From Botryllus schlosseri (lineage: Eukaryota): a stretch of DNA of 64,000 nucleotides. Each line of letters starts with the position of its first letter. Within the stretch, counting starts at the first letter, position 1. Position numbers and translations under genes: made by a program. Under the pieces are notes generated by a model, which searched no databases, was not told where the DNA came from, and saw only the letters and a program-made list of their open reading frames with translations. The DNA lies in NCBI GenBank assembly GCA_051294905.1, contig CM119381.1:21080001-21144000 (forward strand), read 5' to 3'. Of the stretch, positions 48,801 through 61,150 are shown one piece after another.

Positions 48801-51800
48801 ACAGTAGAAGTGTGAATCTACTATTCACATTCTTCTTAAAGTTAATGCGTCTTTTGGTGCTGCATGGTATTACTGATGGCTTTGTAGTCTCGTTGATTGC
48901 TCTTTTTTTATCGATGCTCATGAATAAGTCAAATTTCAACATGCTCCCAAAATCAAGCAATTGGCGCGAAAAGAGGGGTAGGGCACAGGTGAGGCACAGA
49001 CTATGGCCAAGTCTGACCTGTGATGACGCAATTTATCGTATATAGCTTCGAATTTATCTTAAGTTGATAACTGATGATAAACGAATGTAATCGTAGCATT
49101 GACTCCGAAGATCTAAGTATTGATCGACTTTTTGATCGACATTTTAACAGCGGTACTAAAAGGATACATACCAATCAAGAACATGGATAGGTCTATGGTG
49201 TTGTTTGTAATTGCGATTTGTTATTGTGAAAGTGAATGTCAGTTTCAATACAAATTCATTTCTCCCCGTAGATCAGGAATACAATGTTTATTTGACAACT
49301 GCATTGTCAAACAAGGGTCGCAATGTCGGATATTTGATCAATCAACATATCGTGCAATCCATGATTTCGAGGCACGCGATGTCGGGTGCATCGAATTCGT
49401 GAGTGATATTGGTCGCCGGCACGGCAGCAACTCAAATTTTAGGATTTCGAAAAGAGGGTCCGAGTCCTTACCCTGGATATATCACTATATCTTGACCTCT
49501 CAAAAACATGTTTATGCTGACATGAAAATATTTATTCTGGGTGATTTGAAAATTTACTAACAAGTTGCTGCAATATTGATAAATTAGGTACAAGATAAAA
49601 ATTTCGTCAAAGAGCCATAACTTATCCCCAAAAGAGCCATATATGGCTCGCGAGCCATAGGTTCCCGACCACTGGTATATGCATACCTTTGATATTCACG
49701 CACAGTATGCTTCGACTTTACAGATTATCTATGTCGACGAAGCCGGTATGTAAACGGAACAAGTGGGACCATATCAAGCCCATTTTTTCCAGAACCTTAC
49801 CCGAGAAATCTTGATTGTACTTGGTTCATCACTGCTCCAGAAGAAAAAGTAGGCCAATGCAAAAATGAATTTTCTGCTGTAAACACCCTAATGTGTTTTG
49901 CAGCGTATTGCTATAAGATTCAATAAGATATCTGTCGGATACAGCTTATCTTATAACAGTGGTTGCGACAACGACTACCTTCAAATATTTGATGGGTCAT
50001 CTGAAAACTCGCCGCAGGTAGGTCTGATGCAGAAATTCTATTCGCTGAACCAACAGCAGAACCATTAACGGGTATGAAAAACGATACTAGAGGGGTCGGA
50101 AATCTTTCTGATACAGCGAACCAAAGTATCTCAATGTCAAAATATTACCAACTGGCATGCCAAATATTTTTAGTTTTGTCTTAAGTATCGTTTCAAGCAC
50201 GGAAACCCACCAACTGCTTATCTGAATGCTGAAAACGGAATACGTTATCCCAGTCGTTCATAAGCTATTATGGGTCACGAAAGGTATAAATTTGGCTCGC
50301 GGCCGCTACAGAGCTATCGTTTAATGCACGTAATATTTGCTTTATTTTTTTGCAAAATATTATTGTTCCTAGTAGTCCCGCTCCCAGAGGTTGCACCATT
50401 GGTCATGGTTGCACACGCCTAGACTAAAAAATCCCAATGGTCTCCTGCGATATGAGTATCCCATTCTCTCATAATTAGGCTATTAATACGGTTTTAGTCA
50501 TTTCTGTTTATGCAATGCATCTTTTTCCAATATATGTATGCAAGTAATCGCGCGCAGCGCGAAGAAGAATTTCGAGATTAATATAATCTGTCTTTAAAGA
50601 CTCATCTTTATGTTAATTTACGATGTAATTTTGGGCACCTTCGATATGGCCCCCACCCACAATTGAGTGGTTTGGGTGCGATAGTTACGGACTTGCGTTG
50701 AATGTTAGTTTAAGAAGACACACATTGATTTTCAGTGCTCGTTTCTTTTAAATAAATGGACAATTTCAATCACTCCGCGTTCCATGCAATAAATTCAACA
50801 AATATTACATGCATATTAACAGATACCTCTGGCACAGTGCCGACCCAAAATTATACCCTTTGCGGCCCATACTTTAGTAACCCTTGAAGGGGTAAAATTT
50901 GCATTACAGTAACTTGCAAATGTAAGTCTGTAATGATCGCATTTAGTATTTACTACTATCCTCGAGCATCGAACTATATTATTACGAAAACATGATGATT
51001 GTTCAGCGAAAGAAAGCAGAAAGACAAGTTGACGTAATTTTCCAGCCTTTCGCTGGCTCAGATGGGTTTATACTATGTCTGCCACTACACCGGCTTTCAA
51101 ACTAGGCTTCTGGTTACGTAATAATTATAGTGCGAAAACATCAAGTCACTACGGCTGGTTGGATAAAAAGTTATTGCCAAAGCTACGATTAGTGGTGCGT
51201 CGTAAGTCACACTAGTTTTGACAATTGCGTCGCTACTACAAAAGTTCAAGAGACACTGCCCTTGAATTTCCTATCAGATTCATTTGAATTATTTAACGTC
51301 ATAAAAAGTAACAATTATTTACGATTTTAATCCGCACCATTCGCATCACCTTCATCATTCGCACTGCAAATTTTTTCATTTGCACAAGTGCGTACCATCC
51401 CACAGGTTGAAAAGCACTTGTCCAGTAAATTGTCCTGAAGAATCTATGAACATTTCCATTTTGTACCGGCTGTTGAACTTGATTCACCGCAGTTGTGAAA
51501 AAAGACAACGAAAGTTATATTAAGTGGTACCCAACCGGTATTATTGGTAATGTGGACCTTGTTCCCGAAATTAGGTTTTGTTCCTTTTGTCCGAACCTGC
51601 TGACCATTGAAACGCATGATATTTTCAACCTGTTAGGGAAATATACCAAATACTGGCGGACGTGATGTTGATTGATAAGCAATATAATGTGTACATTAAG
51701 CTCTTCTATCCAAGTGGCGTTTTTCAAGGTCGGAACAAATCATGTACAATTAAAATGAGGAAACGTGAATATCAATGCCCTGTTTTCCATTAGATACTTG

Positions 51801-54800
51801 GCGCTCCGAAGTGACGCCCCGTCCGCCCAGGAGGAATACACAGCGTTGCGTAATAAATGCGTCAAAATGAAAAGTGACTGTTGAGCATGTGACTATTACT
51901 CAAGACTAATCCTAACTCAAACCCCAGTGTGGCGAGAGAGCGTAGTGGTATAATCCACAGCTGCAACACCGATGGGTTGTGGGTTTGACTCCGACCGAGG
52001 TCGACTCCAGAATTCGTACCGAAGTGTTGAAGGTCCATCTAGGCTGCTCCTTGCCATATTATCCGTGTAAGCAGTGTCATATAAAAGCCTAGAAGTTGGT
52101 CATGCTACAAGTCGGCAGCTGCGGAATAAGAACAAAGAAAAGTGGTCCACGGATTAAAACGGAAGAATTTGGCCTGGTGTAAATGACAATAGTGGTCGAC
52201 AAGCAACATCAATACGAGAAATATCGACGAAAAACTCAAATAACTCCGCTTCTACTTGTTGAAATTGAGCCAAATTTATTTTGCATTGTTTTTGAAGACA
52301 ACTCAATAATTTCATGGGGTTGTCAGAGAAATTTGAATTTCTTTTTATAATTTTTCTTAATAAATTAAAAATATTCAATTGGCTCCGCGGCGGCTCATAC
52401 TTGCTAAAATTGAACCAAATTTGGTGTGCAGCATTTTTCAGGGTCCCCTGACAATGTAATCGGTGAATGGCTGCAATCCGGAAAAAAAGTTATTTTTGAA
52501 CAGCCCTAACTGTGTATAAGTATATTGTATAATTACCGTGCGGGTCGAAGATCGGTTGTACAATATCGGAGCTGTGATGTGCTACCCGAATGTCTTAAGA
52601 TCTGACATTACGCCACGATTGAAAATTCTCAAGGACACATTTAAATTCACCATAAATATTAGAAACAAGCAACTACAGGGTCGTTGTTTGTGGTATTCAT
52701 GGTGTGTGTCGGCTACTTTGGTCATTTACACCAGGCCGATATTGTTCATTATTTCCCGTAACTGCCGACTTATAGTACGGCCCACCTCTAGGCTTTTTGT
52801 AAGACACCGCTTACGCAGGGTATTACCCGAATGAAGTCACAGTCACTGAATACTTTCTGGGCCATCGGACATTGTCGAAGTACTTCCGCGTATTATCACC
52901 GGTCCACACAATTTTTGCTGACTTCGATCAGACAACTGATAACGACTAACTTTTGGGCGCCGTATTCAAAAATGACTTCCGTTTTTCTCCATCTATGCAT
53001 ACTGATTTTTCACAGCAGTTACCTAGTGTATGGTGAAAGTGTGTGTTTGTGCGTTTGTTTGTATTACTGTGAATTGCATCTATCAATGGAAGTGTAGGGA
53101 GTCTGTGGAGCGAAGCCCTGCAGAAGTTGTGTTGACTGGAACCAAGACCATAGTTTTTTGGAGGTCGACAAAGTGTTGTTACGGCAATATGTAGCGCCCG
53201 TGTTATTCTTCAGTCAACAGGTGTTTGTGCGGGAAAAAAACAACCTTTTTTAATAATCGAGAAGATTTCTCTAAGGGGGAATTTTGTCTCAAATTTCGGC
53301 CTAAGGGGTCCACGAGATGAAAAAGGTTGGAAATCAGTAAACTAGACATTACGATGATAAAGAATTTCCAATCACGATTTACCCTATATAGCTATTGATC
53401 TTTTGCGTATCGGACACGAACCCAAAGCAGTATAGAACCAAACCGATGATGAGTACCATACTCGAACGCTGTTATTCATTTCATCACACATTGCGTATTT
53501 GTGCAATATTACAATTTCGGAACACCTTCCATACGTACTTTTCTATTGTTGCAAGTTATGATCGAATAGCGTCACTTTATTAATCGTTCGCGAATTCTGC
53601 GCTGAACGTGAAATTATTCCTCACACCCACGAAATCGACGCACCTCAAAATTTTTGAGCTCTGGCGTTGCCTGAGAAACCAGAGTCTGTAGACCAGGGGT
53701 TCTCTACCTTTTTGGCCCATTTTCTGGTTTGAAAATATTCTGTGGCCAACCTCTTAGCCGACAGTCCCATTCCCGCTGAATGCGCGCTGATCCCCGGCGC
53801 CAATATGCATATTTCTCTAAAATATGCGCATTTTTTATTACCGTCCATATTAAAATGTAAAGACATGAAATCGCGTGAAAAACATTTTCAAGTTGAATAT
53901 ATCAGCTCCCTCAGAGCGGCCCCCATTGGGTCCCCTATTAGGGGTGCGAAAGTGACGGTTCTGTTAGCCGGTATAACTCTTGAATACATTATTATGGCCG
54001 TCCGTGGCTCCACGCACGTCGTAGTAGCCAACAACCCCGATTGGGAATCCAATAAGGATATCAAATCAAGATAGATCCCGTTCGCCTGGTGGATTTTTTA
54101 CATTCGATACCGATGCATTCTTTATATCAATTTCGTTGATGTAAATAATTGATTTGTTGACTAAGCACAGCTCGCTGGCTTCCTACATGTAGTGCGTTTC
54201 CTTCTTGATATTATGTGATTGCGTCACTAAAGATTCACAAAACAGAAAGCTGAATATTCCGAGAAAACTTTCGATCTGCATGCTCGTTTAGGGCTGTGTT
54301 TCTTTCCATGCTGCCATTGCCTTGCGGAGATAAGCTGGACGTTGAGAATCAGAGAATTTCAACCAAAGACACATCATAATGACGTGAAAATTTGTAATAC
54401 ATGAAAAAGATTCACAGTGCAGAACCCGCCGTAATCGTCGCGCAAGAGTACCTTCTAATTGATATAATTGCGCTCGCGCCGCCAGCGATTAGATTGCCTT
54501 TGTTTGGCGTTATATAGTCTCCAACTGTAACACAGCAACACGCCTCTCATTCAGGCATCCAGCATACAACATACATGAAATATTGCATCGCCGAAACAAA
54601 CTTCGCAAGCTACGTAGGATTGTACGCGATGGTATTGAAGTGTAAATGTAAATGTAATGTGGCGGTATCTTATATTTCATCTTCAAATATTTATCAGCGC
54701 ACAATGCCCTAAATTACATCAACGGAAAATGGACTGTGTTGGCTATTTATCTGTCTGCCTGGTCTAACTGCATCTCTAATTTTACACGATAATTTGCAGT

Positions 54801-57800
54801 ATCTCCATGATCTCTGTGGACGCGTTCGTCCTAGGGACTTCCTATCCACCAGCAATTCAATAACAATTAGGTTCGTGAGCCGGTGTGTTTTACCGCCATT
54901 CGAGCAGGGATTTTCCATCGATTGGACAACGGAAGGTGTGTTTCTAAATTGCCGCCAATCCGTATGAGATAATACAGAAAAACGTATCGTATGTTACAGA
55001 CAAATGCTTGTCGGACGAGATTCGGTGTTGGGACGGAACCTGCATCAAGGAAGCGATGTTGTGTAATGGTGTCGTTGAATGCCCGTTCGATGCTGCTGAC
55101 GAGGCGTCCTGTAAGTTCAGGATGAAACACTGGTAAAGTTTCGTTTCATGGCTAAGTATTTTCAAACAGGCGCCGTGAGCAATACGTCGCAGTGCGGAAA
55201 ACAAGAGATAGCACCAGTATTCAAATGGGTAAGCACTGTTACAGTCTTGTGGAATTGTACATTTCTTATTCCAGAGACACAATGATACCTTGACAAGTCC
55301 GTGACGTTGACCACTTTATCTCGTTGGTGAACTTCATAATATATTCATATAGCCTAACACTCCCCTTTGAAAAGCCCTGACTTTTTCATTGAAATGAATG
55401 GTCATCATGAGGTAATTACGACTTTCGATACTATGTTCAGTAGCATTTAGGTAAGACATATCTACTCCAGAACAGCTTTCTTCAACCGGTGTGTATGGTA
55501 CACCCTGGGATGCTTGAAAATCTGCATGTGGTGCACAGGGGCGCACCAGAAACACTGTACTTGAAGCCAATGGTTTATATCCTGTAGGTGAAACTCATGA
55601 TTTTGTTGACCCAATTTCAGCAATCACTCTCCGTAATGGACCAATATTTGACAGCCAGATGAATTAGACGCCTTTTTCTTTAGTCGGTACGCAAGCGTCG
55701 GAGCTACAACTTTGAAGGGTAGCCTACACCACTCCAAAAAAGATTGAGGAGCACTGCTCTAGAAAACATTTTATTCATGATGTCGTTGAGAATCTTTCTC
55801 TCTTTAGCGATTTAACGTGGATCTAAATTTTTTGAGTCGTTTTTCCGTCCACCATAAACTAACACCACAATGGTAAATATTCAGTTTGACGTGACATGAA
55901 GGAATTGCGATCGAAGACCCGTTCCCTCCATTATGTTAACTTGTACCCAAAATAATATCCAGGTACCTTCTACCTTCAAGATGAATAAAGCATCCCTCAC
56001 TAGACAACACAATGAATGGCTTACTGACCTATTCGTTGCACATTCAATTGTTACTAGGACACACGTATCGTTGGCGGCTATGAGGCCGAACAAGCGTCCT
56101 GGCCTTGGCAAGGGAATATGAAAGTGCGTTCTGTGTGGAATGATGAATGGATATTACGATGCGGGGTTGTTCTGATTTCGGAGGAATGGGCACTAACGGC
56201 GGCACATTGCATCTCCGGAAAGTATATATGAACTATGTTTCTAACCATTTTACCGCCCGAAAACCTGCACAATGAATGCGTTCTAGTGAAGAACTTCTGC
56301 TGACATTCGGTGATCACAATATCTCTGATTCTGACACGGAACGCGAGCAGTCAGTATCAACGAACGGAATTTTTGTCCACCCCAAATACGAGTACGAAAT
56401 AACAGAATGCATTTACGCAACCAGTTTAACAACGAATAGCCTTTTTCAGTTACTCACCTCATGGATTTTACGGTGGGTATGATATAGCGGTGCTACACTT
56501 ATTCCCTGCCGTTAACATCACCACTTGGGTAAAACCGATATGCCTTCCACGATCGTGTCCCGAAACCGGTTCAGTTGTTGTCGTAACCGGCTGGGGAGTC
56601 TCAAGTACGTAAAAATATCGGCATTCTGTTCGTGTGCAATGAATCATTTTTGAAAATTGACACTTTCGTCAGATTTACAAGATTGGACGATGCGTCCTAC
56701 TATTTTGCATCAGGTTCGAGCACCTGTGATCAACCCAGAAATTTGCTTAAAGGCATATGAGGCCCAGGTTGGCCGGACAGTACCGGATCTAGTATTGTGT
56801 GCAGGTCTTCCACGGGCGACGGCTAATGCATGTTCGGTCAGTATCAAATCTGTGTATAAGTTTATAACGCAATATTTCAGCTATGGGGCATTAATCCAAG
56901 TTAATATCCAACGCATTCAGTTGTAGGTCGGAACTCTACTTCCGCTGTCAATTTGAATTTTTTACGAAATCGACGAAAAGTTGCGATACATATGAAACTA
57001 ACACATGCTTCAATATAAAAAAAAAACTATTTCAGAGCTCAAGTGTCGCCAACCTCCAAACCTTGGTGACATCCGTTAGTAGTTGTGATCAGGTCTGCTA
57101 GCACCTGTCTGCATATTAACACAATTCGGCGCGTCACGCGAGCCGAGTGTCTGCTGAAATGCTGATCAAAATGGAGAATTCTCTATCATGTCTATACTAC
57201 ACGGTTGTGCTGCTATGCATGCAGCATTGGTCTGTCGTTACTTACTAACAACTGTTAAAAATAAAGCGTTATCTTGAAATTATATTAATGAGAAATATGA
57301 ACGGATTCAATGGGATGGTTGATGCTGCTTGGATTTTTTTCCGTAAAATTGAAGTTGGCATTAGAAAAAATGTCGGAAAAAATTCAGATAGAATGCGGTT
57401 CAGTTATTCGATTTGCTAGAAGATTCCCTTTCATGCTGATTTTTTTCTAGTAATCTCCATGCATGTTCGGACATCCGTGATCATTTCACAGGGGGTCGAC
57501 ATTGGTATTTATATCAATATTACTGAGATGGTGACGTTCAGAGGTGGTCAAAGTAGTCACCGTCGCTACTCAAGTAGAAGTAGAAGTAACGCCGAAATTT
57601 CTACTCTAGTAGAAGTAGGAGTGGCGGTTCACAAGTAAGTAAGTAGGCATTCTACGCCTATCTTTGCCTAAAATATTGTATTAACTGTCAAGTATAAGTA
57701 TAAGTAGTCTAAAATCATAACTACTTAATAAGTATAGTGCAAGCAGGCAAAATCTACTTGAAGTACTTCAAAAAGTAGAAATACTTCGTTACTGACCACC

Positions 57801-58788
57801 TCTGGTGACGTTTCGCACGACCCATTTACGGCCAACTCCCTCCTGGACTTTTATAAAATAGCGTTTACGTGTAGTCGGTGGCATTGAGGAACGTGGGTAA
57901 ACATCAGGCGATTTGCGTCAGGGTCTCAAACGCTCTATAAACTCAACAGCGGAACATTCGATTCGACCTACCCACTCGTCACACCTTTTGGCAGCAGTGG
58001 TTCAATTTCGCAATTGCGTTAGTACCAAGGACCGGCCGACAACTGCTATAGCTCGAATATATGACAGCCTTTGTGTACTTCTTTCTTAAACTATCTATAA
58101 ATAATAGATAGGGTAACCATACGTCTTCCTTTAGGAGGATTTGTCCTATTTTTTTCAGGTTTTTGAAAATGTCCTCCTCCGACGTCTAAATGTGCTCCTT
58201 TTTGGCAATTCGTCCTCCTTTACTGCTTTTACAGATAACATAACGGATAGATTCGAGTGAAAATGGGCATAAATGACGCTAAATAGGAAATTCGTGGTTC
58301 AATCGCATGTGACTTCCTTTTTTTATTTTTTTTCAGTCAACACACGAAATGTTACGGCAAAAATAGTCAAATCGGCTGTTTTAAGTTATGATCCACCAAC
58401 TTTTCTGATTTGGTAAAAGTGTCCTGCTATCCCGATTCCAAAATATGGTAGCCCTATAATAGACTATAGACTAGAGAGACCGAATAATTGAGAATTGGCA
58501 TGTGAAAAGTATTCAAATTTCCTGCAAAATGTACCTCGCTGGAATTGTTCAGGGGGATTCTGGAGGACCAGCCATGTACCTCCGAAACGGATCATGGGAA
58601 GTCGCTGGACTGTCGTCGTTTGGAGTAGGATGCGGCGAAGTGGGAATACCGACGGTATACACGGATGTGTTCAAGATGTTGCCATACATTTCCGATGGTA
58701 TGTAATGGTGTGTATCAGTTAGACGACGCACATAACACATGACTTCCAATTCACAGTAATGAACAACTGGTATGACCCAGGTACGTAA
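39693..58788 (+). CDS. Gene B: modular CUB-CUB-CUB-LDLa-S1A serine protease, catalytic triad intact; start exon not identified
   Basis: 17 exons: 39693-39814, 44113-44202, 44261-44381, 46100-46236, 46475-46585, 46664-46796, 49724-49848, 49904-50017, 54800-54935, 55000-55110, 55170-55228, 56058-56221, 56287-56391, 56450-56604, 56673-56836, 58553-58697, 58757-58788. Together 2024 nt, in frame to TAA. Architecture is matriptase/enteropeptidase-like; orthology not established. Confidence 0.93.
40173..42172 (+). mobile_element. 2.0-kb non-autonomous hAT
   Basis: Perfect 14-bp TIR cagtggcggctcgt / acgagccgccactg; perfect TSD cttgatga (40165-40172, 42173-42180). Confidence 0.93.
42448..43694 (+). 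mobile_element. hAT (SPIN/GTF2IRD2-like) deletion derivative
   Basis: TIR caggcgtcaccaa / ttggtgacccctg; TSD gtatagtt/gtctagtt; 43058-43324 encodes FGSTCRCESAFSDMNFIKNKHRTRLTDAHL, a hAT dimerisation-like C-terminus. Confidence 0.9.
44113..44381 (+). CDS. Gene B, CUB1 middle and C-terminal exons
   Basis: VIAIKSNDYLAIESAGSDCYYDALTFDNIK / VFCGYRVLPSFHTKSSRLTVTFTSDESVISRGFTFTWTAI. Confidence 0.92.
44428..45433. mobile_element. hAT-type element
   Basis: caggggttctcaac / gttgagaacccctg; TSD acctagat/acctacac (6/8); partial second copy at 53694-54010. Confidence 0.7.
46100..46236 (+). CDS. Gene B, CUB2 N-terminal exon
   Basis: ESVIPESRVTHIYAESGTISSPNFPSTYDSFLEEEWIVQTPFSDM. Confidence 0.9.
46475..46796 (+). 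CDS. Gene B, CUB2 middle and C-terminal exons
   Basis: AISIEFDPLFDLEAGIGNSCPYDSLTISEGASLPSMH / NEVLELCNTSRPSTHLIRNSDMYVSFKTDRSINGRGFSFNFSTV. Confidence 0.9.
47967..48259. mobile_element. 293-bp hAT MITE
   Basis: caggggtctccaac / gtttgagacccctg; TSD cgctaggg/cgctagga. Confidence 0.85.
48439..49674. mobile_element. 1.24-kb non-autonomous hAT
   Basis: caggggtcgggaacc / ggttcccgaccactg; perfect TSD gtatatgc. Confidence 0.9.
49724..50017 (+). CDS. Gene B, CUB3 N-terminal and middle exons
   Basis: [41 protein letters not shown] / RIAIRFNKISVGYSLSYNSGCDNDYLQIFDGSSENSPQ; absent from the ORF track. Confidence 0.92.
51928..52216 (+). mobile_element. tRNA-derived SINE
   Basis: ggcgagagagcgtagtgg (A box), gggtttgactcc (B box), body ending ggcctggtgtaaatgacaatagtggtcgac. 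Confidence 0.8.
52210..52507. mobile_element. Solo right arm of the 10782-11394 foldback family
   Basis: Matches about 11100-11394, ending gttatttttgaacagccct. Confidence 0.7.
52685..52820 (-). mobile_element. SINE 3' fragment
   Basis: ggtcatttacaccaggccgat...ctaggctttttgtaagacaccgcttacgc; a shorter piece also at about 39910-39965. Confidence 0.7.
54800..55228 (+). CDS. Gene B, CUB3 C-terminal exon, LDLa exon and linker exon
   Basis: YLHDLCGRVRPRDFLSTSNSITIRFVSRCVLPPFEQGFSIDWTTE / KCLSDEIRCWDGTCIKEAMLCNGVVECPFDAADEASC / AVSNTSQCGKQEIAPVFKW. Confidence 0.92.
56058..56836 (+). CDS. Gene B, protease-domain exons 1-4
   Basis: DTR|IVGGYEAEQASWPWQ...LTAAHC; FGDHNI; YDIAVLHL; VKPICLP; VTGWG; VLCAGLPRATANACS. 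Confidence 0.95.
57539..57804. mobile_element. 266-bp hAT MITE (agtagaagta family)
   Basis: Perfect 12-bp TIR cagaggtggtca / tgaccacctctg; perfect TSD gtgacgtt. Confidence 0.9.
58109..58456. mobile_element. 348-bp MITE
   Basis: tagggtaaccata / tatggtagcccta; flanking direct taataga (7 bp, or 8 with a shifted boundary). Confidence 0.8.
58553..58788 (+). CDS. Gene B, protease exon 5 (GDSGGP) and terminal exon
   Basis: GDSGGPAMYLRNGSWEVAGLSSFGVGCGEVGIPTVYTDVFKMLPYISD / VMNNWYDPGT*; Ser195 TCT at 58559-58561; 59-nt intron. Confidence 0.93.
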
Positions 58789-60333
58789 AAGCGTTATTTG
58801 TACAGCTCACCGTTCAACTGTAATTATACTGGTATATCTCAATTACCGTTTTGTGCTCCACTTCCTTTGTATACAAGATATTCCCTGTCAAGCCTGGTAA
58901 CACTCTTTACTTTCATTTTAAGGAACTGACAGTACCACAAGCGATGCCTCCAGATCAACAGTAAAAATGGGATGGCTTCTAATATATTCGTGCATCGTAG
59001 CGTATATTTTATAGTAATGCTAGTGATGCTACGAATAATAACTATTCGGAGAGTCATACTATCAATATTTTGTGGTAGGCCTAGTACTGTATTCGACATT
59101 TGATATTGGTTAATTACTTCACTGCTTCACTGTTATTTGTACGCATTAGAACGCTGTCATTAATAGATATGCTGTATGTATGTAATAATACACTTAATTT
59201 TTCAATCCGAAGCAACTGATATGAAAAGAAACACAGATATAGCATGTTGGATGTATTCCGCTCCATGCAAATGTTGGAGATCCAGGGTTAGAAGTTAAAA
59301 CCAACTAGTCAAATACATGAGTTTGAAATTATAATCCTGAAGTATTGGTCGCGCAATCTTCGTGACTATATATGAAAATTGCAAAAACGATCACTATCAA
59401 CAGCAATCAATAACAACACCACCCTATAAATCAGATGTTTCTAATCTTTATACTGTGATCCCTTTGAAAATTGTCCCCCTGTTTCTAAACAATTTCGAAA
59501 ATTAGGAAATGGCGTTCGAAGTAGTAGCCTAACATAGACCGTAACTGGTAGTCAGAACGATAAAATGAAGTAAATACATCACAATAAACACGATAGTACA
59601 TTAATGAGTTATTAAATATTTGGTAATGTAATGGGTTAGCTTATTTTTTTTCTACTTCTACTTCGCTATACTTGGTCATATTTTGTGACTGAAGTCCGCT
59701 GCACACTGGCTTTGCGACACGACCAAAACAGGTAATTTCCCGAACATGTCGCGCTCTCAATCGTGGTAGTTGCGTTCTGCTGCACACTGGAACACCGAAC
59801 CGTAACGTATCTGTTCTGTACCAACTTGATAATTTCGTAACAGTATATGTTCCTATATATATGTTTACTTATATGTTTACTGACAGCATTTTGCTGATGC
59901 TCCAAATGTTGGTAAGGAATATCATAATGCCAGTAAGATATTATTAAATTCGAAACTCAGTTTATTATTTCAACTCAAGATACAAAAAGTATAAACAAGA
60001 AGGTGTCTAATAATTGAAACGCCCTGGCAAAGTCCATCGATCAGATATGCAATAATATGCCTAGTGCCTACCCATCTCGGCCGGCTCGCCGTATTGGCAG
60101 CGTCGAAACGACAGCGCGTGCTTATTTTCTATTGCGACTGAGTTGAAAATTTCCAACCTTGTCGGCGAGTTGCGCAACCCACTCGCCGACGCTGTGTTGC
60201 GAAGTCTGGCGATGCGGTGTGCATGACTTTGTCACACACAGGCGCGATTCTCTCGTTTTGTCGTGTCGCGAGAGCCAGTGGGCAGCCGGCTTCACTTAAC
60301 TTTCACTGTTTACAATTTCACGTTCTTCCAATA

Positions 60334-60418
60334 AGAGAGAGAGAAAAAAAGCGAGAGAGAGTGAGGGAGGGAGGGAGAGAGAGAGAGAGAGAGATTGAGG
60401 GAGAGAGAGAGAGAGAGA
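60334..60418. repeat. Interrupted (AG)n purine tract
   Basis: Direct observation. Confidence 0.85.
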
Positions 60419-61150
60419 TGTTCTCATCGAGACGTTCAGTCTCGCGCACGCGATCGCGCTTGCGTTTAAATCTACAATTTACCTATACGTGATAAGACCT
60501 GGTCATCAACCAAGATGCTGCATTTGATAGGCTATATTAATCGAGAGTGAGGCTATAAGTCATGATATGTTATTCGACAGTTCAGCTTCGACTCAGCAGT
60601 TCTTATCTCCTTCTTAACCGATTCCGAAGTTTCTGGCACGCATTTCTTCAGTGCTGTACTTCCTCGACACTTCGGAATTTTTGATAGGTCATCAACCGAT
60701 ATTACGATTAAACAATGACTTACGAACCGCGCTGATGTATTGCGTGCGATGGCTTTTACCTGCAGTCTAATAAGAAAGCTTTCTTCATATTTTTAATTGC
60801 AGTCTAATACGAAAGCATATTTGTAATTGCATGTCGAACAACTTACTTGTGTAGTATTCAAAACCAGCACATCAAAATTCTACTTGAAGTACTTTCAGGT
60901 GGTTCGGAAAACACTTCTTCTACTCGTACTTGAGTAGAAAGCCGTGTATCTACATATGCTGCTATTTGGGTGGCATATTGAATACTTTGACTGCATCGCT
61001 GTTTTTCAACCATTGGAATGGATGCGACAGCAGAATTTTGTACCAAAACGTGCCGTTAACCTGATCTGCACCCAGTGCTATAGGTGGAAATTGGTGAAGT
61101 ACACGATCTCCGTTCACACGCACCGAACTATTATTGAATCAGGGTATAGA

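Noticed and set aside
49120-49560. 146-aa ORF
   Set aside because: Lies inside the 48439-49674 hAT; the homologous copy near 27350-27780 does not keep the frame.
51928-52000. Functional tRNA gene
   Set aside because: A and B boxes are present, but I could not fold a full cloverleaf, the anticodon region differs between copies, and a shared non-tRNA body follows; this is a SINE head.
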